64,000 nt of DNA from Scenedesmus sp. PABB004 (lineage: Eukaryota), in contig JABVCE010000013.1 in the NCBI GenBank assembly GCA_014905635.1, forward strand, positions 496,001 to 560,000, read 5' to 3'. The position numbers and the translations under genes were made by a program. This document shows, one piece after another, positions 52,276 to 64,000 of the stretch. The notes beneath the pieces were generated by a model. It was not told where the DNA came from. It ran no database searches and worked only from the letters and a program-made list of their open reading frames with translations. Position 1 is the stretch's first letter; each line of letters opens with the position of its first letter.

Positions 52276-55200
52276 ATGGAGCCCGCCGGCCGGCCGCCGG
52301 CCATCGCAGCGTGCTTCAGAAGCAGCGCCGACGCGCCGGCCGCAAAAAAACCGGAGCGGTGCGGCTCCCGCGGCGGCCGCGGCACGCGCCCACGCCCGCC
52401 CCGCGCCATGCTCACACGCCCCCGACCACCTGCGCAGGAGCGGGGAGCCGTTGTGGCGGCAGGCGCCCGGCGCCGGCGGCGCGCCTGGCCAGCTCGGCGC
52501 GGCGCGAGGTGCGCGGCGTGCGCGTGGGTGGCTGGCCGGGCGCCTGGGGCCTCCACCTGCCCACCTGCCCCGTCCCACGCCGCACCATCGCCACCGCGCG
52601 CAGGCCCCCCGCACCCGCCGGCGGCGCCGGCGGCGCAGCAGCCGAGCGTGCCCGAGCTGCAGGCGCTGCTGGCGCGCAGCCCCGCGCTGTGGGCGGCGCT
52701 GACCCAGCTGGACCGCGACGAGCACGGCCGCATCTCCGGCGCGTCGCTGGAGCGCATCCGCGACGCGCTCGACGCCGGCGCGCCCAGCGCCGCGCAGGTC
52801 GCGGCGGCCGCGGCGGCGCGCGTCGCGGCAACGCGGCGCGACGCGGCGGCCGCCATCCGGGCCGCGCCGCCCGAGCCGGGGGCACCAGCGGCCGCGGCGC
52901 CGCCCGGCGCCCTGGCCAGGTGCCAGCCTGGCGGCGTGGGCCCGCCGGGGGCGGGCGACCTCGCGCGCCAGCCCTTGGCGCAGCGGGCGGCCGCCGCGGA
53001 GCAGGCGGCGGCCGCTGCGGGCGCCGCGGCAGAGGCTGCGGCAGAGGCAGCGGCCAGCGCGGCGGCGGCTGCGCCCTCGCCGGTGGGGGCGGCGTCGCCC
53101 GTGGCCGTGGCGCTCAGCCCCGCGGGCAGCAGCAGCCCTGGATCGCGGAGGAACTCGCTGCGCCTCTCCCTCTCCGTCGACGTGAGCGCGCCCTCCGAGT
53201 CGAGCAGCAGCGGCAGCGACAGTGTGGCTGGCGGCGGCAGCCCCGCCGGCATCCCCGCAGGCGGGGCGGCAGCCGGCCGGGCGGCGGCGGCGCGCGGACG
53301 CGCAGCTCGGCCGACAGCCCCGACTCGGGCGGCCTGGGCGGGGAGCGGGCGTCTGACGGCGCGGCAGACACTGACGGCTCCTGCAGCGACGGTGGCGCGG
53401 CCGGTGGCGCGGCCGTGCAAGCATGCAGCCCCGTGCAGCGCGTGGAGCAGGCGGGGCAGGACGCCGCGCCCGGCGGGGCGCGGCACAGGCCGGCGTGGGG
53501 CCGCAAGCTCTCCGGGAGGCCCTCCACACCGGGCGTGAGCCTTGGCAAGCCCGTGAGCATCTTCAGCGGCCCAACGGGCGCGGCGGCGGCGGGCGGGGCC
53601 GGCGCGCGGCAGCGCCGCCAGCGGCCGCCGTCCAGCCAGGAGCAGGGCGACGAGTCGGAGCGGGCGGCGGAGCGGGCGCAGCAGCAGGACAGGCAGCAGC
53701 TGGCGCGGGGGCACCAGGCGTCAAAGCGCCCGCCGACGCCGGGGGTCAGCCTGGGCAAGCCTGTGAGCATCTTCAGCGGCAGCGGCGGCGGCGGCGCGGC
53801 TGCCGGCGGTGCGTCGGGCGTTGACGCAGACAGCAGCAGCGACGACGATGACAACGACGACGGCGGCCACGCCATCCAGTTCGGAGCTGCTCGACCCGCG
53901 CGCGGCGGCCAGCGCCGCGGCCCCGCGCGCCCGCCGCCCGCGGCCAGGGGCGGCGTCGAGCCGGGCGCGGCGCGGCAGCAGCCGCGCTGGCAGCACAAGC
54001 TCTCGCGGCGCCCGCCCACGCCCGGCGCCGGCCTAGGAAGGCCCGTGAGCATCTTCCACGGCGGTCCCGCTGACCGCGCGGGCGGCGGCGCGCCAGCTGG
54101 CGTGCGGCCCTGCAGCGCGCCGGCCGTCGCCGGCTGGCGCGGCGGCGGCGGCACCGCCGCCGCGGCCGCCGCGGGCGTGAGCTTTGCGAGCGCGGACGGC
54201 GGCGGCGGCAGCCGCTGCCGCGCTGGCGACAGCAACGGCTGCGACGGCCGCGTGCGTTTCAGCGAGCCCGGCGCACGCGTGCGCTGGAAGCCGGCGCTGC
54301 TACACCACAGCGACGAGCCGCGGCCGCTCGCGCCGCCGGCGCAGCCGCCCCTGCCGGCGCGGCAGGGCGCGCAGGCGTGGGGTCGCAAGCTCTCCCTCCG
54401 GCCGCCCACGCCCGGCTCGGGCCTGGGGGAGCCGGTGAGCATCTTTGGCGGGTCGCGCCACGGGGAGGAGGATGACGGCAGCGGCGGCAGCGGCGGTGAC
54501 GCCAGCCCGGCGGCGTGCGGGCGCCAGCCGGCGGTCTCGCCGCGCAGCCGCATCCCGCGCGCGCCGGCGGCGGCGCCGCAGCCGTCGCGGCCTGGCGGCG
54601 GGCACAGCCAGCCCAGGGAGCAGCGGCGCGTGAGCTTTGAGGAGCGGCAGCCGTCGCAGCGCCCGGCGACGCCGGGGGTCGGGCTGAAGCAGCCGCTGAG
54701 CATCTTTGGCGGCAGCACAGACGGCCGGGCAGGCGCGCCTTGCGCCAGCAAGCCGGCCACGCCCGCGGCGGGGCTGGGCAGGCAGCCTGGTCTGCAGTTC
54801 AGGCTCACCGAGTCGGAGGACGAGGCTGAGGCTGGCGCGGCTGCTGCGTGGCCGCGCGCGGCCCCGCAGCCGCTGGCAGCCCCGTCGGCTGCCGCCGCGC
54901 AGCCGGCCCGAGCAGCGCAGCCGGCGGTCGCTGCTCCCCGAGCGCTCGGCTCCAACCCGGACCTGGCCAGCGTGTTCCGCGACGAGCCGGGCGAGGGCGC
55001 GGCGCCGGCAGGCGCGGCCGCGCGCCAGCCTGCCGCTCGGCCCGGCTCGGCAGCCAGCGCCAGCTCCGGCGGCGGCGGTGGCGGCGCGCTGCCCGCGGCC
55101 GGCGCAGTGCAGCAGGAGCTGCTGCGGCACAGCCCCGAGCTCGCGCTCGAGCGGCAGGCGCAGTGGGAGCGCGCGCAGGCCAGGCGCCCGCCCACGCCGG

Positions 55201-56347
55201 GCGTCGGCCTGGCGATGGCGACGGCGGGCAGCACCTTCAGGGAGCCTGAGCAGGGCCCCGCGCCACGCCAGCGACCCGCTGCTGCAGCTGCGGCGGCGCG
55301 CAGCGGCGACGCGGCCGCCTCGCCGCCGGCGGAGCTCAGGGAGGCCCTGCTGCGGCACAACGGCGACCTCGCGGCGGAGCGCGAGACGGGCTGGGCTGCC
55401 AAGCTGTCGCGGCGGCCGCCCACGCCAGGCGCGGGCCTGGCGCACAGCATGTTCTGGGACGACAGCGCCGAGCACAGCGAGCGCGGCGCCTCCACCGCTG
55501 CGCCGGCGGCGGCGGCAGCGACGGCCGCGCCGGCGCCCCGCCCCGCATCCGCAGCGGCCGGCGGCGCCCCCGCGTCGGCGGCGGCGCCCCAGCAGTCGGT
55601 GCAGCAGGCGCTGCTGCGGCACAGCCCCGAGCTCGCGCTCGAGCGGCAGGCGCAGTGGGAGCGCGCGCAGGCCAGGCGCCCACCCACGCCGGGCGTCGGC
55701 CTGCAGCTGGCGGTCAACATCTTCAGGGAGCAGCCGGACCCGGCGCGGGCGGACGACCGCGCCGCCACCAGCCCGGGCAGGGCGGCGCCCGCGAGCCCGC
55801 GCGCGGCGAGCCCCGACCCCATGGCCGGCCCCGCGCGGCGCCGCAGCGGCGAAGGCGGCGCCGCGCCCGCCAGCCCGAGCGGCGGCCGCCTGGGCAGCGC
55901 CAACCCGGCACGCGCGCGGCGGCGCAGCAGCAGCCCGCTGCACAACGTGACGAGCGCCCAGGAGGCGGAGGCGGGCGCGCGCGCGGGCAGCCCCCGCGCG
56001 GGCAGCCCCCTGCAGCGCAGCACCAGCCCCGCCGACCCCGACCCGCGCGGAGGAGCCCCCTGGGCCACCACGCTGCGGCCGGCCGGCGGCGCAGCTCCGA
56101 GTCGGGCGCGGCGCGGGCGGCGGCCTCGCCGGACGGTGCACCGTTCGCGCCACGTGGCGCGGCGGGCGCGGCCAGCCCCGGGGACGGCGCGCCCGCCGCC
56201 AGCCCCGGCCGGCCCGAGCCGGCGCCGGCCAGCCCCCTGAGCCGGAGCAGCCGGGCGGCCGACCCCCTGCCCGCGCGGGGCAGCCCGCTGCGGCGCAACT
56301 CGTCCAGCGGCGGCGGCGCCGGCGGCGGGCGCGGCGGCGAGTGGTGA
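52276..56347 (+). CDS. Large low-complexity protein with nine RP(P/S/A)TP(G/A) repeats; function unknown
   Basis: Repeated W-x-x-KLS-x-RPPTPG-x-x-LG-x-PVSIF and LLRHSPELALERQAQW blocks with synonymous divergence in ORF 52239-56240; coding-like segments continue in flanking frames via two -1 shifts (~53270, ~56080); 5' exon structure uncertain. Confidence 0.72.
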
Positions 56348-57027
56348 GGGCGGCGCCGCCGCGCGGCGGCCAGCGGGACGGCCAGTCCGCGGGCGGCGCG
56401 TCGCGGGTTTCCGGGGCGGGGCCGGCGCGCGCGGTGGGTGGCGGGGGAGCTGTGCTCTGCCGCGGCAGGCCCCCAGAACACCACACTTGCACCTCGCCCG
56501 AGCCCTCGTCGCTACCGCTCGCGCGCCGCCGTGCCGCCGCGGCGGTTGTGCCGCCGCCAGGGCTTGCGCGCTCGCGTTCTCTGTCCTGGGCGCCACACAC
56601 CGCTCCCTCTGACGCGCTGCGCTCTCTCACCCCGCGCGGAGGACACCGCGCACTCCTGCTGCCCTCTCGCGCCCGCACCAGGCGGCGAGCCCCCGAGCTC
56701 TCTCCCGCTTCCTGCCGCGTAGAGCCTGTACAGGTGCGCGGCGTCGAGCTCAGGGCTGCGGAGCGCGCGCCCCTGCGAGCGTTAGGCGCGCAGCGCTGCG
56801 CCAGGGGCGACGCAGCAGCCACGCTGGACCGCAGCAGCCACGCTGGACCGGCAACAGCGTTCCCGACCCCTGGGCCGCGCCCGTGCGCAGCCGGCTGGTG
56901 GCGCCCCCTCGGCCATCACCGAGGTCCTGCCTCACGCCCGCTGCCGCCTCACCAGGAGCTGCATGAGCTCGCGCTGCGCCTGATCTGCGCGTCACATCAG
57001 GCAAAACAGCAAGCCGTCGCTGCTGCG

Positions 57028-57433
57028 ATGCAGCAGCGCGTGCGCGCGGGCGCCGGCGGCGCCGCCGTGGCGCGCCCGCCCGCCGCCGCCGCGGCGCGGC
57101 CGCTGTGCGCCGGCGCCGGCAGACTGTGCTGCAGCGCGGCGGCGCCGGGCTGGCGGCGCGGCGGGCGGGGCCCGGCGGCGGCCGCTGGTGGTGTGGCGGC
57201 GCAGCGCGCGCCGCACCAGCCGCGCGCGGCCCACCACCACCAGCCGGCGCCGCCCTGCCTGGACCCGGCAGCGTGCAACCCCTGGCGGCCCGCGCGCGGC
57301 CACGGCCACGGGCGGGCGGGCTGCCGCTCCGTCGCGGCGGCGGCGGCGGCCGGCGGCGGCGCGTGGGCGGCGGCGCAGCTGCCCGGCGCGCTGGGGCCGC
57401 CGCCGCCGCCGCCCGCGCCACCGCACCAGCAGC

Positions 57434-57467
<34 letters not shown>

Positions 57468-58613
57468 CGGCCGGCGCGGCGGCGCGGCGCGGCGGCGCCC
57501 GCTGCTTCGGCCGGCGGGCGCGGCGCGGCCGCGTGCGGTGCGCGCGCGCGCCGCCGCCGCGCTCGCGCTCGCCGACCCCGGCGCCGCCGCCGCCGCCGCG
57601 GGCGGCGCGCTCGCCGCCGGCGGCGCGGCGCTCGGCGCGGGCGGCGCGCTCGGCGGCGGCGCGGCGCAGCTGCTCGCGGTCGCGCTCGGCTACGCGGTCA
57701 TGGCGGGCAGCCTCTTCCGCAGCGTGCCGCAGATCGCCAAGGTGCTGCGCCACCGCAGCACCGAGGGCTTGAGCCTCGCTTCGGTGCTCGTGGAGCTGGG
57801 CTGCTACTCGATCACGATCGCCTATAACCTCAGCCAGGCGCGCGCGCGCGGGAGGTCGGGAGAGAGGGGGAGGGAGTGGGAGAGGGAGGCGGCGCCGCGC
57901 CTCCGCAGCAGCCTGCACGCCGACGGCCGCGCCGCCGCCGCCGCCGCCGCCGTGCGCTCGCCGGCGCCGCGGGCGCGCAGGGCTACGTGTTCAACACCTT
58001 TGGCGAGGTGTGCGCGTGCTGGGCGCAGGACATCGTGCTCATCGCCCTGATCTTCAGGTTCAGCGGCACCAGGCCCTGGGTCGTGGCCGCGACCGCGGCC
58101 GCCGCGGCCGCGGCGTGCGCGTGGCTGCTCTCGCCCGCGTGCCCGCCGCGCCTGCTCGCGGGGCTGCAGGCGAGCAACATCGCGACGCTCGCGCTCGGGA
58201 GCCGGCTGCCGCAGATCGTGCTCAACCTGCGCCGCGGCAACGCGGGCGTGCTCTCGGTCACCACCTGCCTGCTCAACGTCGCCGGCAACGCGGCCCGCGT
58301 GTTCACCACGGTCGTGCTCACCGGCGACCTGCTCATCCTCGCCGGCTACCTCAGCCAGGGCAGCCTCAACGCGGTCCTGCTCGCGCAGAGCGTCGGCACC
58401 GCGCGCCAGCGCCGCGCGGCCGCGGCGGCCGCGGCGGCCGCGGCGGGCGCCGACGGCGGCGGCGCGCCCGCGGCGCCCCCGCGCGGCGGCGCGGCGGCGG
58501 CCAAGCAGCAGCAGCAGCAGCAGCAGTCGGCGGCGGCGGAGCTGGGCGTCGCGGCAGCGCACCCACCCGGGCCCCCGGACGCGGCCGGCGGGCTGGTCGT
58601 CGCGCCCGCCTAG
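57028..58613 (+). CDS. PQ-loop membrane protein, MPDU1-like, with long N-terminal extension
   Basis: LGYAVMAGSLFRSVPQIAKVLRHRSTEGLS..AYNLSQ|GYVFNTFGE..SRLPQIVLNLRRGNAGVLS..ARVFTT; start uncertain. Confidence 0.88.
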
Positions 58614-58626
58614 GCACGCCCCCTCC

Positions 58627-58629
<3 letters not shown>

Positions 58630-58684
<55 letters not shown>
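58630..58684. repeat. (GT)n microsatellite just past the MPDU1-like stop
   Basis: Uninterrupted GT run. Confidence 0.97.
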
Positions 58685-58687
<3 letters not shown>

Positions 58688-59484
58688 ACTAGGAGCTCGC
58701 ACGTTGCAGTTGGCGGTGCGCGAGGGCAGCGGCGGTTGGCGGCGCGCCGCAGCAGCTAGCGGGGGGCAGGCCGACGCGCGGGCGGGCGGGCGGGCGGGGC
58801 GCTCAGCCCGCGTCTGCGCGGAGCGTCGCCGTAACTCAGTTGGTTGCTTAACCAACCCAAGTGGTTGGGTGGGCCGGCGTTGCACAGCGCGCCGCCGCAC
58901 CGCCGCCAGCCGCTCCCCCGCATGCGCGGGGGACCATCCCTACTCCGCCTGCAAAAGTGCCGCGCCTGCTGAGAGCCCTGCCCGCTACGCCCCCACCCCC
59001 CACGCTGTGCCGCGCGCGGCCGCGCCGCGCGCGAGGCCGGCGCCAGGAAAGCGTCGGCCGGCGCGCTCACGCCTGTGGGCGCGCGCGCCGCGCCGTGGCG
59101 TCGGCGCGCTCCGAGCCGATCCAACAGCCCACTGCACCTGCCTACACACACACCCATCGCGGCCAAAAAGAATCTCCATTTGCAGCCCGCGCGTGGGCGC
59201 CGCCGCCGGGGCGCCGCCGTCCCTCGGCACGCGGTCGACGCGCGGCGGCCCCGGCGCCCCCTGTTGCTTGCTGTGCACAGCACAATCGCGCGAGCGCCAG
59301 GCGCCGGCCAAAGGGGACGGATACGCGCGCGCCGGGACGAACAAAATGTGGTGGTGAATCAACCATGGACGCCATCGCCCAATGCAACCGCCAACCTCCC
59401 CCCGCCGCCGCCGCCCGGGGGGCCGCCGCGCGCGGCCGATCGTCGTGGGCGCGCGCGCGCGCGCGCGCGCGCGCGGCGCCGCGC

Positions 59485-62400
59485 TCACGGCTGCGCCGCG
59501 GCCGTGAGCGCGGGCCCGCCGCCGCCGCCGCCGCCGTCGCGGCGCACATACAGCAGCATGTACGCCTGCGCGGCGGCGACCTCCGCCACGGGCACCGGCT
59601 TGACGGACGAGTCGCTGACGTAAAACCAGGCCGGCCCGCCGGCGCCGGCGCTCGCGCTCGCGCCAGCGCCGGCCGCGCCGCGCGCCGCGGCCTTAAGCCC
59701 GCTGAACATGCCGCCGCCGCCGCCGCCGGCGGGCGCGCGCGGCGGGCGGCGCGCCGTCGCCGCGCGGCTCCGGCGGCGCCGCGCCCGCGCCCGCGGCGCC
59801 CGCGGCGCCCGCGGCGCCCGCGGGCGGAGGCGCCTCCGCGCCGCCGCCGCGCTTGACGTACGCGACGTAGTGCCCGCCCCGCATCGTGCCCATGTGCACC
59901 ACCACGCCCACGAGGTCGTACAGCAGGCTGGCCCTGCCCGGGTCGCCGCCGCCGCCGCCCGGCTCGCCGTCGCCGCCGCCCGGCTCGCCGCGTCCGCCGC
60001 CCGGCTCGCGTCCGCCGCTGCCCGGGTCGCCGCCCGCGTCGCGTCCGCAGCTTGGTGCCATGAATGGCGCGAGGTCGAGCGTGAACGCGAAGCGCACGGG
60101 CGTGTCGAGCTTGGACAGCCGGCCGCGGCCGTCGTGCGTGAAGCGCTTGAGGTGCAGCATGAGCGCCGGCGGCGCGAGGTGCACGCGGTACGCCTTGTGC
60201 GCGGGCCGCGCGTACGCGTCGCCGCGGCGCCGCAGGCTGCTCCGGCGCAGGCTGCCCGGCGTGCCGGCGCCGGGGCTCGCGCCCGCGCCGGCGCCCGCGC
60301 CGCTCGGCGCCGGCGCCGGCGGCGCGATGTCGACGGGCGCGCTCCCCCCCGCCGCGGCGGGCGCGCCGGCGGCGGCGGGCCCCGCGCCGCCGCCCCTGGG
60401 GTCGGCCGCCACTCCGGCGCCGGCGGCGGCCCCGGCAGCGGCACCTTGCGGAACATGCTGCCGCTGCTGGCGGCGCTGCTGCCGGCGCCGCTGCCGCTGC
60501 CGGGCGCGCCGCTGCCCGCGCTGCCCGGGCGGCTGCCGCCGGCCGCGCCGCCCGGCGGCGCCGCCTCCTCGCCCGACGCGTCCGCCTCCCAGGCCTGCAC
60601 CGCCAGCGGCCCCGCGCCCAGGCCCTGCTGCTGGTCGGCCTCCTCTTCGTCGTCCATGTCAAACAGGCCCTCGTCCGCCGAGCTCGGCGCCGCGCGCGCG
60701 AGCGCCACCGCCGGCGGCGCCGCGCCGCGCGCCGCCGGCGCCGGCGCCGCCGCCGGCGCCGGCGGCTGCTGCTGCGGCGGCGCCCCCTGCGGCTGCGCCG
60801 CCGCCGCCGCCGTCTCCTCCTCCTGGACGCTGCCGGCGCTGGGCGGCGCGTCCGCCGCCGGATACTCCCAGAAGCCGCCGGCCGCGCCGCCCGCGCTCTC
60901 GCCGCGCTCCTCGCCGCCGCTGCCCTCGCCGGCCGCGAGTGCGCGCGGCAGCGCGCCGCGCACCTTCCACGCGCCCTCCTCGTCCGCGCCGGCGAGGTAG
61001 CGGCCGTGCAGCGGCGCGGCTCCCTCGACCGCGCGGCGCAGCGCCAGCCCGCCCGCGAGCATCGCGGCGAGGCCTGGCAGCCCGCCCTCGTGCTCCACCA
61101 GGTCTGCCATGCAGTTCAGCACGAGCTGCGCCCACGCCGCGACCAGCGCCGCCGCCGCGTCGGCGGGCGCGCCCTGCGGCGGGGCGCGGCGCGGCGCGGC
61201 GGGCGTCGGCGCGGGCGGGCGCGTGGCCCGGCGGCGCGCAGCGGCGGGCGCGGCCGCCACCAGCGCCGCTCCCGGCACGTCCCAGCCCCGGGCCCGGCCC
61301 CGCCCCGGCGTCTCGGGCGCGGGCTCACCTCCAGCTCTGGCAGCACCACCTCGCCCAGCGACAGCGGCCTGCCGCCCGGCAGCAGCCGCACCGCCGCCGC
61401 GTTGGTGGCCGCCTCGCCCGCGGGCTTGACGCCCAGCCGCAGCGCGCGCCCCGCCGCCGTGCCCTCCACCAGCGCGTCGCCGAGCTGCGCCGTGAGCAGC
61501 AGCGACGCGCCACGCCAGCCGAGCGCGCGGCAGAAGGGCCGGCGGCCCGCGAGCGCGGCGGCGAGGTCGGTGCCGCGCTGCTCCACGCTGCCGGGCACCA
61601 TGATGACCTGCGGCGTCTTGTCCGAGAAAGAGACCTGCTTGTAGATGGCACATGCCGCCTCGCCCGGCGCCGGACACGCCGCGTCGGCCGCGCCGCCCGC
61701 GGCGGCGCTCGGCACGCCCACCGCCGCCGCCGCGCCGCCGCCGCCGGCGCGCCGGGCGCGGCGCCGCCGCCGGCGCCGGACAGGCGCTGCTGCTCCCGCG
61801 CCAGCGCCTTCTCCTTGGGGCACTCCCACGTTATCTCCTCACGCAGGAAGAAGCTCGCGAGGCAGTGGCTCAGCGCCAGCGGCTCGCCGCGCGCCGCAGA
61901 CGCAGACGCGGCAAACGGGTCGGCCGACGGCGCGCCCGCGGCGGCGGCCGCTGCCGCCTGCACGGCCGGCGCCGCGAACGGCCCGCCCGGCGCCGCCGCC
62001 GCTGCTGCCGCCGCCGGCGACCCGAGCGCGGGCGCGCACTCAGCGCCGGCCGCGTCGTCAGCGGCTCCGCCCGCCTGGCTGCTGCGCGCGCTGCTGGCGC
62101 CCCCGCCGCTGGCGCTGCTGTAGCGCGAGCTGCCCAGCCGCACCACGGCGTCGTCAGAGTTGGCGCGCTGCAGCGTCGACGCGGGCGGCGCTGAGTGGCG
62201 TCCCAGCCCCACGGCCGGCCCGCCGTCCGCCGGCGGGCCCGGGCTCGCGGGGGTGCCACTGTCGCCGCCGCCGCCACCACCGTCGTTGCTGACACCACCG
62301 CCCGCGGCGGCGGCGCTCGCCGGCGCAGCCACCGCCGGCACGACGGTGCCGCCGCCGCCGCCGCCGCCGCCAAGCGCCTGCCGCATGCCCGCGCGCTGGC

Positions 62401-64000
62401 TGTCGGTGAGCACCATGGACGCCGTCATCGAGGCCGGCCCGTCCTCGGGTATGGAGGGGCCCATCGCCAGCAGGCCGCCGCTGCCGCCGCCGGGCGCATG
62501 GGTGTCAGGCTCGAGCGCGCTGCGCGGCGCCGGCGCCGGCTCGGGCAGCGCCAGCTCGGCGGCGCCGCCCGACCCCGCGCGCCGCAGGCCGCCCGGCGCC
62601 GGCGCCGCCGCGGGGCCCGGCGACACGAACGCCAGCGCCGAGGCGGGGCGCGGCGGCGGCGCGGCGGCGCCGAGGCCGTCGCCCGGCGCGCCCTCCAGCC
62701 CCGCGCCGCCGTCGCGGCTGCCCTGGCGCGCGTGGCGGGCGCCGAAGAGAGTGCTCAGCCCGCCCTTGGCGCTGGTCGTGAAGGCCGACAGCGAGCCGAG
62801 CGAGCTGAAGCGCCGGTGCAGCGACTTGTGCGGCGGCGCGCCGGCGCCCACCGGGCCGGCCGAGCCGGGCGGCCTGGGCGAGAGCAGGTCGCGCGCGCCG
62901 CCGCCGCCCGCGCCGCCGCCGAAGCAGCCCACCGCGTTGGTCGGCGGGGAGGCGGCGTACAAGCCCAGGTCTGCGAGGCCGGGTCGGCGCGCGCGGCAGG
63001 GTCGGCACGCGCAGGCGCGGCGCGCGGCGCAGACCGCGACCACGCCGCCCTCACGGCTGCGCCCACGCACCTGTCCAGGCGCCGGTGAGGACGCTGTCGC
63101 CGTCCGAGTCGCCTGCGGCGCGCGTCGAGCCCGGCGACACGCCCTGCAGCCCCGGGTCCTCCCCGGGCCGCGGGCTGGGCGGCGGCGCGGCGCCGCCGCC
63201 GGCGCGCGCCGCCGAGCGCGAGCTGTCGGCGGCGCTGGCGGCGTCGCCAAGCGCGTCCGGCTCCGAGCCGGGGCTGCCACTCCTGCCCTCGGCGTCCACC
63301 TGCTGCTTGGCCGCCAGGCGCGCGAGCTTCTTCTGCTCCCGCGCCTCGCGCTGCGCCTCCTGCTGCTGCCGCCGGCGCTCCTTGTGGCTCAGCCGGGCCT
63401 TGCTGCCCTGCCCCGCGCCGCCGCCGCGCTCGCTCGCCTCGCCCGCGGCGCCCGCGCCCGCGCCGGCGGCGGGCTCGTCCGCCGCCTGTGCGACGCCCTT
63501 CTTCTTGGCGCCGCCGCCGGAGCGGCTGGCCAGGCGCGAAAGCAGCGAGCCCTGCGCGCGCGCAGCCGCCGCGGCGGCGGCGGCGGCGGCGTGGGGCCCG
63601 ACGTGGCGCCACGCGCGCTGCGGCCGCCGCGCCGGGGCGCCCTGCCCCGCCGCCGTGCCCCGCGCCTGCCGCCCGGGCCCCGGCGCGGCGCACCTTGCGC
63701 GCGAGGCCCGCCTCGCCCTCCACCGGCAGGGGGATGGGCAGGCTGAGGTCCAGGAACGGCTCGTAGCTCACGCTGGCGTGCCCGCAGCCTGTGCAGGCGA
63801 TGGTCGACACCAGGACGCCGCCAAACACGGCGTCCACGCCCGTCGCGCCCGCCGACGCAGGCGGCTCCGGCGGCAGCAGCGACCTGCGCAGCAGAGGGAG
63901 GCTGCTCGCCGCCGGCCGGCCCGCCTGCGCGGGCTGCTGCAGCGGATCGCCGCACGCCGCACAGGCGCTGCTGTCTCTGCCGCTGGCACTGCTGCTGCTG
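59485..64000 (-). CDS. Ubiquitin-specific protease (peptidase C19, USP16/45/UBP1-2-like), 5' part outside window
   Basis: VDAVFGGVLVSTIACTGC..EPFLDLSLPIP, LSHCLASFF, LMLHLKRF, YDLVGVVVHMGTMRGGHYVAYVK (His box), WFYVSDSSV..QAYMLLY; three apparent frameshifts. Confidence 0.92.

Noticed and set aside
53480..55740. Dispersed DNA repeats as a CRISPR-like array
   Set aside because: Copies differ at synonymous positions, stay in frame and have irregular spacing. This is a protein repeat, and no cas genes are present.

Overview
Very GC-rich (roughly 80% by eye), gene-dense eukaryotic nuclear DNA from a chlorophyte green alga. Short GC-rich introns, GCTCAC/GCTGAC branch points, TGTAA poly(A) signals and TTTAGGG-like motifs suggest Sphaeropleales/Selenastraceae (inference). 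Most long ORFs in the six-frame track are GC artefacts. Splicing by eye gives about 25 genes: CPSF160 (5'-truncated), an ACT-repeat protein, glutathione reductase, prefoldin 3, a PLATZ factor, a DUF760 protein, an NDUFAF4-like protein, three paralogous secreted 10-Cys proteins, a SPATA17-like IQ protein, a Myb/HTH protein resembling the p2 subunit of the MTA1 6mA DNA-methyltransferase complex, UBL-RTF2, PRCC, a large Cys-repeat secreted protein, a class-IV aminotransferase, an FAD monooxygenase, a cyanobacterial-type plastid protein, a papain protease, FHY1, PAB, CSB/ERCC6, a large disordered protein with an unfamiliar RPPTPG repeat, an MPDU1-like protein and a USP (5'-truncated). Highlights: (i) a cluster of an unrecognised secreted/GPI 10-Cys family plus a ~700-bp inverted copy of one member's 3' end; (ii) a repeat protein with RVxF and RRPPTPG motifs; (iii) the p2-like 6mA subunit; (iv) an intron flanked by a duplicated exon end; (v) many GC-AG introns; (vi) recurrent small-deletion frameshifts, most likely assembly errors. 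All family assignments are from recalled motifs, not database searches. Exon boundaries are manual.
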